DNA of 64,000 nt, taken from NCBI RefSeq assembly GCF_022539665.2, contig NC_081333.1, positions 2,170,001 through 2,234,000 on the forward strand, given 5' to 3'. Under the pieces are notes generated by a model. It searched no databases and had not been told where the DNA came from. It saw only the letters and a program-made list of their open reading frames with translations. Below, piece after piece: positions 13,256 through 26,733 of this stretch. Source of the stretch: Daphnia carinata (lineage: Eukaryota). The position numbers were made by a program, and so were the translations under genes. Position 1 is the stretch's first letter, and each line of letters opens with the position of its first letter.

Positions 13256-16106
13256 ATGGCATTTAATTTTGGAACTCCATCAACTGGACAAACCCCAGGC
13301 TTTAGTTTTGGAAGCCAGCCCCAGCAAACAACTCCAGGTAAATATTTTATACTTATTTTGTTAGAAGAATAAATGTAAAAATTAACTCCTCATTAGTTAT
13401 AACAAATTTAAGACTTATCACTACCTTAATGATTTATCATCTCGGCATCATTTCATTAATGTGTAGTCATATTTTATCTCACATTAAACTTTCTTGTTGT
13501 TTTCTTACAGCGTTTGGGGCACCGTCTACAACCACTCCTGCTCTAGGATCAACATTTGGACAACCTGCTTCAAGTGGCTTTAGTTTCGGACAAACAACCA
13601 CTGCCCAGCCACCAGCTACTGGGGGTTTGTTTGGTGCTGCAAAGCCCAGCCTGTCTTTTGGAACAGGATCCACATTTGGGGCCGCATCAACATCAGCTAC
13701 TACAGTACCAGCTTTTGGGCAACCCACAACATCAACCTTTGGGTTTGGAACATCTGCAGGAACAACCCCTGCATTTGGGCTGGGACAGCCTGCAGGCAAC
13801 ACAGCTGCACCAGCCCCAGCATTCGGTGCTGCTTCAACAGCAACCACAGGCTTTGGTTTTGGTCAGAGTGCTGCAGTTCCTGCATTTGGAGCTACCACCC
13901 CTTCATTCTCATTTAGCACACAGCCAACCACCACTTCAGCAGCATCAGCATTTTCATTGGGGTCATCAACAGCTCCCGCTTCGTCTTTTGGGCAAGCGTC
14001 GACTCAACCAGCCTTTGGACAGGCAGCGCCAGCTCAGCCAGCTTTTGGACAGGCTTCAACTCAACCAGCTTTTGGGCAAGCAGCAACCCAGCCAGCCTTT
14101 GGACAGACAGCAGCTCAGCCAGCTTTTGGACAGACATCAGCCCAGCCAGCTTTTGGTCAATCAGCACCAGCCTCCCAAAGTGGTCTAAGTTTCGGTCAGA
14201 CAGCCACGCCAGGTTCTACAGGTCTTAGTTTTGGTCAACCACCAGCAACCCAGCCAGTAGGGGGTGGCCTTTCTTTCGGCCAGGCAACCACACCCGCTTC
14301 GACTGGTCTCAGTTTCGGTCAACCAACTACAACTTCGTCAACTGGAGGTTTCAGCTTCGGTCAGCCTACTACAACATCTACGACCGGAGGTTTTGCATCT
14401 TCAGTTGGTGGTGGTGGTCTTTCTTTTGGTCAGCCAGCAACTACCGCTGCCACGGGAGGCTTTGGTTTCGGTCAGCCAGCCCCCACTGCTGCTGCAACAC
14501 CGTCAAGTGGAGCCCTTAGCTTTGGTCAACCTGCTGCGGCTGCAACTACGACGACGACCACACCTTTTAGTTTTAGTCAACCAGCATCAACCACCGCAAC
14601 GACATCAGCACCTCCAGCCTACAGTTTTACCACTCCAACATCCACAGCAGGACTCAGTTTTGGGACACCAGCCACTTCTGCCGCTCCGGCCGCGGGTGGC
14701 TTTTCGTTAGGGACCGCCTCTGCTTTACCAACACTTGGACAACAGAGTGGAAAGACTCCTTCTTTTGGAGCAGCTACTGCAACAGCTTCCGCGTTACCTT
14801 CGTTTGGTGCCCCATCAGCCACCAGCGTTGCTCAGCCCACACTTTCACTAGGCTCGACAACATCGTCAACACTCTCATTTGGCACGCAACAAACGGCAAC
14901 CAGCGGTGCTGCACAACCTGCTCCAACACTCAGTTTTGGATCAACCACGACTCCAGCAACAGGTATGTATATGGAACTCGATTTTTTTATTATTCATTAA
15001 TAAACGCTTTCCATAATTTTACCTAGGCTTTTCGTTTGGAGCTCCAACAACAACCGCTGATGCAACAAAAGTTGTTCCAACAGCTGCCCCAGCCACTACT
15101 GTTACCCCTGTTACATCCAGCACAGCCGTGTCTTCTGCGCCATCCTTCAGTTTTGGAACAGCTCCGGCAACAACTGCCGCAGTGGCCCCAGCTACAACAA
15201 CATCCATTGCCAACTCGTAATAGTTAATATTGTTGCATGAATGGGAAATGTGATTTTTATAAGAACAATCTTAATCACAGAACGTCAGCAACCCCAACAA
15301 GCACCGCCAATACACCTGCGGTTGGCGCCGCTCTGACGTTCCGTCAGTTAGAAGAGTCAATTAACAAGTGGTCAGTTGATCTGGATGAACAGGAGAAAAC
15401 TTTTTTAAATCAAGCCAATTCAGTAGCCTCTTGGGATCGACTTTTAGTTTCAAACGGTGAAAAGGTAAGGTGAAATTATGATTATTCTATGTCGCACATA
15501 CTAAAAACAATTACTCAAATTACGTGTCATAGATTGTTGCATTGAGTGATTCAGTAAACAGGGTTAAGAAAGATCAAGTGCGCTTAGAATCGGAACTGGA
15601 TTTCGTCCGTGCCCAGCAACGTGAACTTGAAGAAATGCTTATCCCTCTGGAAGAGAACCTTCAGCAAGAAGTGAACAACATGCCTCATGATACCGAACGC
15701 GAACACACGTACTTGATTTTCCTAACAGTCCATCATTTTAAATAAATGTGGTGATCTTTGGAATTTCTTTCAGATATCAATTAGCGGAGAATATCGATTC
15801 CCAAATGAGGCGATTGGCCGACGACCTCAAAGAGATTATCGAGAGAATGAATGCGGCGAGCAGACAGCACGAAGCGACAGCTGATCCGGTATTTATGGTT
15901 CTTTCGTGAAAGCCATCGCTTCGTACCATTACACCAATTTTGTTTACCCTCAGATTGCCAAAATAGCGCGAATTCTCAACGCTCATACCGACTCGCTTCA
16001 ATGGGCAGAATCCAGTTGTACAGCCCTGCAACGCAAACTTGACGATGTAGGTCGTGGACTTGAACAGCAGCGCAGAGACCAAGATCGCTCTTTCCGTTTT
16101 GCCTAA
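13256..16106 (+). CDS. NUP62: Nucleoporin p62 (FG-repeat N-terminus plus Nsp1_C coiled coil)
   Basis: Starts MAFNFG; long FG/T/A-rich region; LTFRQLEESINKWSVDLDEQEKTFLNQA, LESELDF and IARILNAHTDSLQW coiled-coil motifs. Confidence 0.95.
13990..14170 (+). repeat. Coding tandem repeat in the Nup62 FG domain (QPAFGQxxx units)
   Basis: About six imperfect 27-30 nt units of the form CAGCCAGCTTTTGGACAG. Confidence 0.85.
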
Positions 16107-16439
16107 ATTTCCTTTGGAGCTCTTAAAACTATCGATTTCTGATGGAAGTTCGTAAGAACTAAAATATACATTGCTAACCGTATGCGATTTCTGGATTTAC
16201 CTGTCTCCGTAGTCAGATTTAATTTAATGAAATGTAAGTATAGAAATTCCGTAATTTCCCGATAGGCCACCGGTTTTTAAAATAAATGAGAAAAAAGTGC
16301 TGTTACATGTTAGCGCACCATTTTTTTTTTTTTACCAGGTACAACCAAGTAGAAATCATTTCTGCAAAATGCGCTTCCCATAATAAAAAATAAATTTTTT
16401 AAGGCCGACGTTTTAAGCCCGACTTTTTGTACAAAAAAA

Positions 16440-16645
16440 AATGAACTTATAATTCCAACTTGAAATTCGATAAACCCTAATGTACTTTAATCGTTGATTC
16501 CAAATAAATATTTGTATTCTCGGCAATTAAGCGTTTTTTGAATAAAGTGGGATCAGAATGGTTACAGGCAATCACTTCAACTTAGAATAACTCGAAAACT
16601 ATAGGTCGCACATAAAAACAATGTTGATTTTCATGATCCTCATTC
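16440..16645 (+). repeat. Direct repeat copy 1 (partner at 22897-23100)
   Basis: Shared blocks CTTGAAATTC, CTAATGTACTTTAATCG, TCTCGGCAATTAAGCGTTTTT, GAATAAAGTGGGATCA, AACTTAGAATAACTC and AAAAACAATGTTGATTTTC in the same order. Confidence 0.92.
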
Positions 16646-16819
16646 AATTCTTAATCTATGGCAATCGTTTTATATGGCAATCCGTTTTACATAAAAAAAA
16701 AAAAAAATGGCGGAAAAAAAAAATCGCACTTTTTTCTTTTTTTCCGACACGTAGCCATCTACCGCTCAGACTCATTATTACTGGCGCAGGCAATTTCAGT
16801 CCATTGGATGCCAACTGGA

Positions 16820-18400
16820 TGCCAATTTCAGTAGCGTGGATGGAGAATAACGCGTGGCTGGAGGAACAATTGGAAAATGGATAAGATAATACAACAAAAG
16901 GATGGTAAGTACAAACATTAATATATTGGTTTTCAATTATTAATTATTGTTTATTAGATCAAATTATGAAGCTGCAGGCCCAATTATTGGAACAACACAA
17001 AATATTAGATAACAGCAAAGCTAAGGATGGTAAGGCCTAATACATAATGATTCTATTTGCTTTTATTCATTTGTGTTTTGTAGCTCAAATTTTGAGTCTA
17101 CAAGCTCAGCTAGGGGAAAAGAACAAATTGGAACGGAACAGTTTCCAAACAGTGAAGGAGGTTTTTCCAAACTCATCCCTAACTGAACGTGAGGATGAAT
17201 TGGCATTAGGCGAACACAATCAGGTACCTAAACTTTTCAAATAAGAATTCAAAATAAGTATAGAATTTTAACAAACAATTATTTATTGTTTAGTTATTCA
17301 GTCTACCACCTGACAGTGTGTTAAAGTTAAATTGTGTTAGTGCTGTACTAAAAGAATTGTTAGTAATAAGTCCATGCAGCGAAGGAAGTGAACAATTGTG
17401 GGACCGTATTTGGGCTGAAAATGGGTGTGGTACGGAAACCCAGAAATAGCACGAGTTCAACATAAAACATGGATTAGGTACTTTTCGGTTTTTTGTCTAT
17501 TGAAAAAGTATTTTTAATGCTATTATTTTGCATTCACAGAATTTTAGTGGGGGATCAAGTCAAGTCCGGAAGTGTTACAGGATGGAAGAGTGAGCCTACA
17601 GTTGAAAAACACTGAAAGTGCATTACCATTAAGGTATGAGGTAAAGTAATAAAGTATGCAAATTGTCTAATGAGTAGTACCATCTTGTGTGAATGAATCC
17701 TGTGTAACAGCAATCCTTCATAGTTCTGTCACAGCTAGAAGCCTCAAATAATTCTGCTTCTCTGTCTAAAGAACAACTTGTCCTTTACGTTCAGAGTGTT
17801 GGGGAAACTGGGTACTTAAATGGCCCTAAAGATGTTTTAATTTTGCTGCCATTGCAGAGATGAACATCATACATGGACTCTTTAGTTATGAAAGGATTTT
17901 TCTTCAAATAATTTTGAATTTATGACAAAGCATTTCTCCAGCTTTTTGCCAACCATGTCTAATCTAAAAAAAAAAAATTTATCCAATAGGAAAGGATTTT
18001 CAGCATACTGGGAACACAACTATCAACAATGCAACATTCTAGGGGTGCTATTTTATCATTCAAGAGCCTTATACAATGATTTTCATCTGCAATTTGGATG
18101 GCCTTTCCCAAGCTTCTGCCAGAAGTTGAATCTATAAGACATGTAAGTCCCATGAGCAACAATTGAGATGCTTAATGGTGTTGTTTTTCTTTTCTCAGTG
18201 TAGGTTAATAGTAACATTGGATCTGAAAAAATTCTTGGTTGGGGCAAGACACTGAATAAATTGTAATGATTGGATGGATGACATGATATTTCTATACTTC
18301 ATTCGGATTTCCGAGACGGTATTTTATATTTAAAAAATTGAAGTGCATATCTGGGCTCCCTTCCTTTCCGTAGCCCCGTTTCCCCTTGACTCGTAATAAG
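16820..18400 (+). pseudogene. Decayed intron-containing gene of unknown family (coiled-coil-like N-terminus)
   Basis: A regular series of GT..AG introns of 55-75 bp separates exon-like blocks (QIMKLQAQLLEQHK, QILSLQAQLGEKNK, KWVWYGNPEIARVQHKTWIR, SLSKEQLVLYVQSVGETG), but there are stops and frameshifts. Confidence 0.55.
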
Positions 18401-18802
18401 CCCGTAGGGGGTCATGCCCCTACTGTACGGTATATATAAAAACAACATATACCGAGGTTTGGAGGGCTCTGGCCGGAAAGGGGACGTGGGGTGCCGCTTC
18501 GTCCGATGATGTGTTCACGGAGGGTGACGTGGCTGCCCACAAATCCGAACTAAAGGTTAATCGCTCCTGTAAAAATGTTCCAAATCTTCAGCTCTTCTTC
18601 CGGCTTCTCTTAGCCAATCACCGGGTAATCTCCCCGGTGGGTCAACAAGGCAGTGTCTCCCCCTGCCTGGGTTGACGGCAACTTTTGAAAGGGCTATTGT
18701 GCCTTTTTAAAGTTGCAAAAATAATTGTAATGTGCAGAGAATTGTCAATAAAATTTTTTTTATAAAATATTTTTTGCAAAATTCGTTTCTTTCATTGTCT
18801 GT
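18335..18802 (+). repeat. Left arm of a near-perfect ~468-bp inverted repeat
   Basis: Read directly as the reverse complement of 19542-20009. Confidence 0.97.
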
Positions 18803-19011
18803 ATTCTCTGTGTTCACACGTTACACTTTTTTTATTTAGCTTGCTTAAATCACCTTTATTGTTTTTGTCACCTTTGATGGTAAACATTGTTTCCATTGGT
18901 TTATCGTTTATCTGTAAGTATTATTTATTACACTCTTTGAATTCTTCAACTTAGATCTAAGGAACAATATGGATATTTTATGAAGTAATTTTGTATTTTG
19001 TTTTACTCGTA

Positions 19012-19070
19012 TGGGAACCGATCCTCAGACATTCAGCGTGCAACGCCGATGCTCTAACATTGAGCCACGA
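19012..19070 (-). other. tRNA-derived unit (degenerate Pol III A/B boxes), not a functional tRNA
   Basis: The minus strand reads TCGTGGCTCAATGTTAGAGCATCGGCG...GGATCGGTTCCC, an inverted homolog of 19361-19420. Confidence 0.6.
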
Positions 19071-19170
19071 GATATATCTAAATGTTTTATTATCGCATAT
19101 CATATGTTATCGTCTAGGATGTTTATGCAGTCTTTCACAACTATATGTTTATCTTTCTATTGCTTCCATA

Positions 19171-19240
19171 AGGTTCTTAGCTCTGTGGTAGAGCTTTCAT
19201 CTGCGATACCTGTTATCCTGGGTTCAAACCTCAATAGATG
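19171..19240 (+). other. tRNA-derived unit (A box and B box)
   Basis: TAGCTCTGTGGTAGAGC at 19178 and GGTTCAAAC at 19221 with tRNA-like spacing; no convincing acceptor or anticodon stem. Confidence 0.65.
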
Positions 19241-19360
19241 TGTACAAATGAAGTAGAATAATGTAGAAGAGTATATTGCAGAATTGCATTTCAGTTTTAT
19301 TCTAAGTGTAAATGCATGTCCACAAGTGACTAGAAAAAAAGCCAACTTAAAATCATATGA

Positions 19361-19420
19361 TTCGTGGCTCATTGGTAGAGCATCGGCGACGTATGCCAAA
19401 CATCCAAGGTTCGATCCCTG
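19361..19420 (+). other. tRNA-derived unit (A box and B box)
   Basis: TGGCTCATTGGTAGAGC at 19365 and GGTTCGATCCC at 19408; D-arm and T-arm recognisable, acceptor stem not. Confidence 0.7.
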
Positions 19421-19541
19421 GATAATAATAGAATGCTTACATATAAACCAATACCCGTCACCTTACCATCTAATGTGACAAAAACAAATAAAGCAAAGCC
19501 AAAAAAAAAATTGATAAATGCAATGTGTGAACAAAGCTAAC

Positions 19542-20009
19542 ACAGACAATGAAAGAAACGAATTTTGCAAAAAATATTTTATAAAAAAAATTTTATTGAC
19601 AATTCTCTGCACATTACAATTATTTTTGCAACTTTAAAAAGGCACAATAGCCCTTTCAAAAGTTGCCGTCAACCCAGGCAGGGGGAGACACTGCCTTGTT
19701 GACCCACCGGGGAGATTACCCGGTGATTGGCTAAGAGAAGCCGGAAGAAGAGCTGAAGATTTGGAACATTTTTACAGGAGCGATTAACCTTTAGTTCGGA
19801 TTTGTGGGCAGCCACGTCACCCTCCGTGAACACATCATCGGACGAAGCGGCACCCCACGTCCCCTTTCCGGCCAGAGCCCTCCAAACCTCGGTATATGTT
19901 GTTTTTATATATACCGTACAGTAGGGGCATGACCCCCTACGGGCTTATTACGAGTCAAGGGGAAACGGGGCTACGGAAAGGAAGGGAGCCCAGATATGCA
20001 CTTCAATTT
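19542..20009 (-). repeat. Right arm of the near-perfect ~468-bp inverted repeat
   Basis: Reverse complement of 18335-18802. Confidence 0.97.
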
Positions 20010-20274
20010 ATGAAAAATTTAATACCGTTTTTAAATGAGAATCTGAATGAAGTATGGAAATTCCATGTAGTGTATCCAAACATAATAATTTATTCAGGAC
20101 CTTGCCCCAAACAAGAAACCTTTTCAGATCAAAATTTAATTGTTCATCTATAATAAGACAGTAAAACACCATTAGGCATAAAAACTCTTAATTCATATAT
20201 ATAGTCCATACCTTACATGATTCTTGAGTTGATTGCGGGCATATTCTTCTGTCAGAAGCTTCAGAAGAGACATT

Positions 20275-22200
<1,926 letters not shown>

Positions 22201-22485
22201 AGAAAATATGTAGAACAGAATGAAACAAATAAGATTATATAGATAGGTCAACAAGTAAAATCTAGCGAGGACGATCTATCTAGCGAGTAAATGTAGACAG
22301 CAGACTACACGCGTTAAGCCAATCTAAAAATATGCCTGAAAAAAAAAAAAATGTCCGATGAGCCACGGTTTAAGGCGCCCCTTGTGGACGCAAAAGTCAT
22401 TACGAGAAATTTTATCCGCCACAAACTAAATGTTTTTAAACATTTAGATTACTTATCCAAATGAAAATTTAACTTAAGAAAATTT

Positions 22486-22570
22486 ATATGTTTGAGTAAT
22501 ATAAAGACGTTATTGTGTATTATTTTCACATCGCAACAACCAATAATGACTTTATATTACTCAAACATAT
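22486..22570. repeat. AT-rich hairpin / mini inverted repeat
   Basis: ATATGTTTGAGTAATATAAAG ... CTTTATATTACTCAAACATAT: 21-bp perfect arms, extending imperfectly to about 30 bp. Confidence 0.85.
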
Positions 22571-22896
22571 TATTTATACCTAAAACAAGCAATTATTCTC
22601 ATTGCTATTAGAATTACATTCATTATAATTGCTGCAGCACAAAATGGAAAGTTAATAGTTAATAGTAATAATAATGAAGTTAAGTAAGTAGAATATAACA
22701 AAATAATTATTGTATAGTTATATTTTAATGAAATAAAGTTATTAATTAAAAAAATTATATATTTATATGGCTAGAATTCGTAAAGTTGTATTTAGAAAAT
22801 TAAGTAGGAATCTGGCCGATAGATGACCATAGCTGTAAAAAAGATAAAAAGGCCGAAATTTTTTTTTTTTTTTTTTGAGTAAAACGGATTGCCATA

Positions 22897-23100
22897 TGAG
22901 CTTATAATTTCGACTTGAAATTCAATGAAACCTAATGTACTTTAATCGATGATTCCAAATAAACGTTAGTTTTCTCGGCAATTAAGCGTTTTTGGAATAA
23001 AGTGGGATCAAAATGGTTAAAGGGAAATCACTTAAACTTAGAATAACTCAAAAACTATAGCTCGCACCTAAAAACAATGTTGATTTTCGTAATCCTCATT
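22897..23100 (+). repeat. Direct repeat copy 2 (partner at 16440-16645)
   Basis: Same ordered sequence blocks as 16440-16645, with scattered substitutions. Confidence 0.92.
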
Positions 23101-23361
23101 GCATTTTGAATCAAAACCGTGTATTTGAAATGATTTTTAGATTTTTGCCAAAAATGAAAAAGTAGGAAGGGAGTAGCCTTCTCACTTTTGTCAAAATCGG
23201 TAAAATCCTTAATCTCTTGAAATGCGATGAAATTCACCTACGATAATCAATATTGAGCGCTGAATACGAATACAACATTAGTTTTCTCCTAAATCATGTA
23301 ATTTTTTGAACGCGTCAGTACGCTATAGCGCTATACATTAGAAATTCTCCCAAAGCCTGTC

Positions 23362-24191
23362 TTAAAGAATGATGCACGGTTTTCTACGTAGTCCCAAGGC
23401 AGTTTCAGCCGCCTTTGTAAAGATTTCTATTACGTTGGTTCCATTCAAAGCTGAACATTCGACAAAGTAAGTAGCTCCGATTTGTTTTGCGGTATGACAT
23501 CCATTCCGATAGGAAATCTGTAATGTTATCAGTTTTCGTTCCAAGGGATTTAATTTAGGGTTGCAAAAAAATTCAGAAATTTTTTTTAAGGAATATAAAT
23601 ACTCACAATATCTTCCTCGCTTTCTGATGCATGTCTCACGTCCACTTTCGTACCTTAAACAAACAAAGGCATTAAATCAATTCGTGGAATGGAAATAACA
23701 GATTGCTTACCGACGACGATGAACGGTGCATTCGGATAGTGTTTGGTTATTTCGGGAATCCATTTAGCTGTCAAGTTGGTAAAAGAATTTCGACAGTTGA
23801 CGGCGTAACACACCACAAAAACGTCTGTCTGTATGCATCATCGATTGTGAATCAGTATGTATAAGTTGTCACAATTTGTAACGTCTATCTTACATTAGGA
23901 TAGGATAACATGCGTAGTCTGTCAAAATCTTCTTGCCCGGCTGTATCCCAAATGTTCAGTGCATACATTTTACCTTCAATGTTAATACTTGCGAAGAATT
24001 GGTCCAACCTGTAAGAACAAAAACATGTAACTAAGAATCGATAACTGTACGATATCTTTTGTGGTAGTGTATACTGACACACTGGGGACGTATTCACTTG
24101 GAAAACAGTGATGAACAAAGACGGTGCAAAGGCTCGTTTTTCCAACTGCCCCATCACCGATCAGCAATACCTTAATGGAACGGTTTGCCAT
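23362..24191 (-). CDS. Rho-family GTPase, divergent RhoL/Rac-like paralog 1
   Basis: [31 protein letters not shown] and CAAX CIIL; five exons with the same intron positions as its neighbours. Confidence 0.9.
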
Positions 24192-25167
24192 TTTCTTCTG
24201 TGTATCCCAATTCCAGGACGTTCTACTTAGCAAGATCGAACAAGCAGTTCAAATCTTAGCAAAGTTTAGTATCGGTATGCCACAATATGGATACGTCTGT
24301 TGACGCTAACAGCTGTTCGAAAATTAAATACAACGGCATGGGGGCTTCTCTGCTTACTCTGCTTAAAGGGAAACCACAAAATAAGATTAATTTTAGTACG
24401 TTACGTAAAGCATTTCCAGATTTTGTAAATCTAATACTACCATATCTTGCTTCATCATCAATTGTGGCTTGCATGATAATTTTTTTTTATTGGTTGCAAT
24501 TTAGCCCAAATTGTTTTTGTATTTCGCATATTAGAACTTTCACTTCGAGCTAAAATTCCATATCTCCTACAGGAGCTGGAACCCTCTGGGCTATAGTATC
24601 AACCAGAAAAATCCACAATAGAATCGAATTTAACATTTCGTTTTTTGCATTGCTAGTCCATCGACTTTTGAAACTAAATTCATTTTCACGAGAAAGCCTG
24701 GTGTGATATTACATCCGGGAATACGCATTCTATACCAATGACAATATGTTATATGACGAGCTCCACCCGCTTTACCCAACTTCGCCCTTGAGTGAACCGT
24801 TTGCTTCATCCCGCTTCGTCATACACAATGATACATGGTAGGTTTGCTTATCAAATAGTGCTTATCTCAACATTCCGCCTCCCGCCTCACTGATGCGCCC
24901 ATCCCTTCACAGTTCGCGCTGTGAGACGTAACGACATTTAAAGTGTTTCGCTCTGACGTCTAAAGACTAGACGTTAGAATTTTTCGACTTTTCTTTTTAA
25001 CTACGTCACCAGTACGCCAATCCGGAAAGGCGTAAAGTACCATTGCGGTTTTTTGTCACACCAAACAACCTTTTCCGTCTGGAATTTTTTGCGCTTTGCT
25101 TAATGTGAGTGTTAAACTGGCAAACCCCTGATCCGGTTTCAACGACAGAACTTCATTTTTGACGACG

Positions 25168-26085
25168 ATGAACCGGGATCGGCCATTAAAGATAACAGTT
25201 GTCGGCGACGGTACTGTGGGAAAAACTTGCATTCTCATTGTATACTCCAAAGACATATTTCCTTCGGAGTACGTTCCAACTATGTAAGTTCAAAAAAACT
25301 CAGCAAAAAAGTTACTCATTGAGTTTCCCTTGTCGTGATAAAAAAATACGTAAAGATTATACCATTTTGGTGAGATAAGAAGGAAAGTATACTGTGGCAA
25401 TAAAAGTATGTTTAACGCACCCGATCTTGTCTTAGATTCGACAATTTTTCGGACACCATTGAAATAGACGGAAACTCGTACAATGTTTCGCTTTGGGATA
25501 CTGCTGGCCAGGAAGACTACGAAAGACTGCGCATTCTCTCCTATCCTAATGTATTATTTCAAAACAGCATCTCTTGTTGGTTGTGCTCTACAAGACAAAA
25601 TTAAAGGCAATAATGAAATATCTTTTTAAAAGACTGACGTGTTCCTATTGTGCTACGCTGTCAACAATCGAACGTCATTTAACCACGTCTCCTCCAAATG
25701 GATCCCAGAACTGAAGCATCACTGTCCTCATGCACCCATCGTCGTTATTGGTACATTAGTAACACAAACGAGATTTAACTGCTATTGTACTGTTTCCATA
25801 CTTCGAATATCTTTAGGAACAAAAGTGGATGTCCGTAAAGAGGGATCTACCAACGAAGATTGTGTAAAGAGTTTGAATATTTTAAAAATTACGCGCTCAC
25901 GCTTTCCAACGTTTTTTTTTTTAAAGGTTTCGTATGCCGAAGGTCTCAAGATGAGCAAGAAAATTGGTGTTTTCCTCGAATGCTCCGCCAAAACTGGGGA
26001 GAATGTGAAACTGGTCTTCCAACAGGCCGTTCGGGCAGCTCTGAACAAACCAAAGTCTAAAATGAGAAGTTGCAGCCTGCTCTAA
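25168..26085 (+). CDS. RhoL: RhoL-like GTPase paralog 2
   Basis: [34 protein letters not shown] and CAAX CSLL. Confidence 0.9.
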
Positions 26086-26733
26086 TCGGATGATGTGCAG
26101 GCGAGATAGCAGATAAATTCACGCAGAGTTAACCCGTCAAATAATAGATAAATTTTTTAATTTCAAATTTGTCAATTTTTTGTGGCACCCTTAATTGATT
26201 TTGCATTACAGTTGTTGAGAAAAATCAAGCTTCGTATAGTTCAGCTGAGTTTAAATTCAATTGGCGCAAGATTCTCCGTAAGACAAAAGAAAAGAAGACA
26301 AAAGAATTTGAAATTTGAAAGAGGATTCTGAGCTACATTCTTGAATTCTTTTGTCGGTCTTCGATAACATTTTCTTTGTCGTCTTTTACATCTAAAATAA
26401 GTTTTCGTGGCTGTTGTTGTCCTTTGAAATGACGACTTCTGACGTGGTAGTTAAGAAAAATAACAACCTGTTAGTGAAGAGTGACATGATTTGTAGCAGG
26501 AAAACCACAAATTGGTATCAAGATCATTTCCTCACTAACTCAGCTGTTGTTTTATCTACCAACAGCGGATATTTCTAGTCAAATTGGGCGTGGTCAATTG
26601 ACGAATTCACGATTCTTAGCTTTGTTGAACAATCGAGTTGTGAGACTTTTACTTGTTCTCTCAAGAAACCAACGAATTTTAAAACGCTTTTTCGCGGAAT
26701 CTTGCCACAAGTAAAGTGTTTAGGTCCTACGAA

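Noticed and set aside
13990..14170. CRISPR-like array
   Set aside because: A coding FG repeat of Nup62 in a eukaryotic gene; no spacers or cas genes.
19012..19420. Functional tRNA genes
   Set aside because: A and B boxes are present, but acceptor and anticodon stems do not pair.
19750..19790. Hammerhead ribozyme core (CTGAAGA)
   Set aside because: No stem II followed by GAAA.
19780..19800. Telomerase RNA template for TTAGG (TAACCT)
   Set aside because: Only 6 nt of register, too short for a convincing template; no pseudoknot established.
19850..19975. RNase MRP RNA in the palindrome arm (GTCCCC ... AAACGGGGCT)
   Set aside because: CR-I should read GAAAGTCCCC but here is CACGTCCCC; the spacing is short and other conserved regions were not found.
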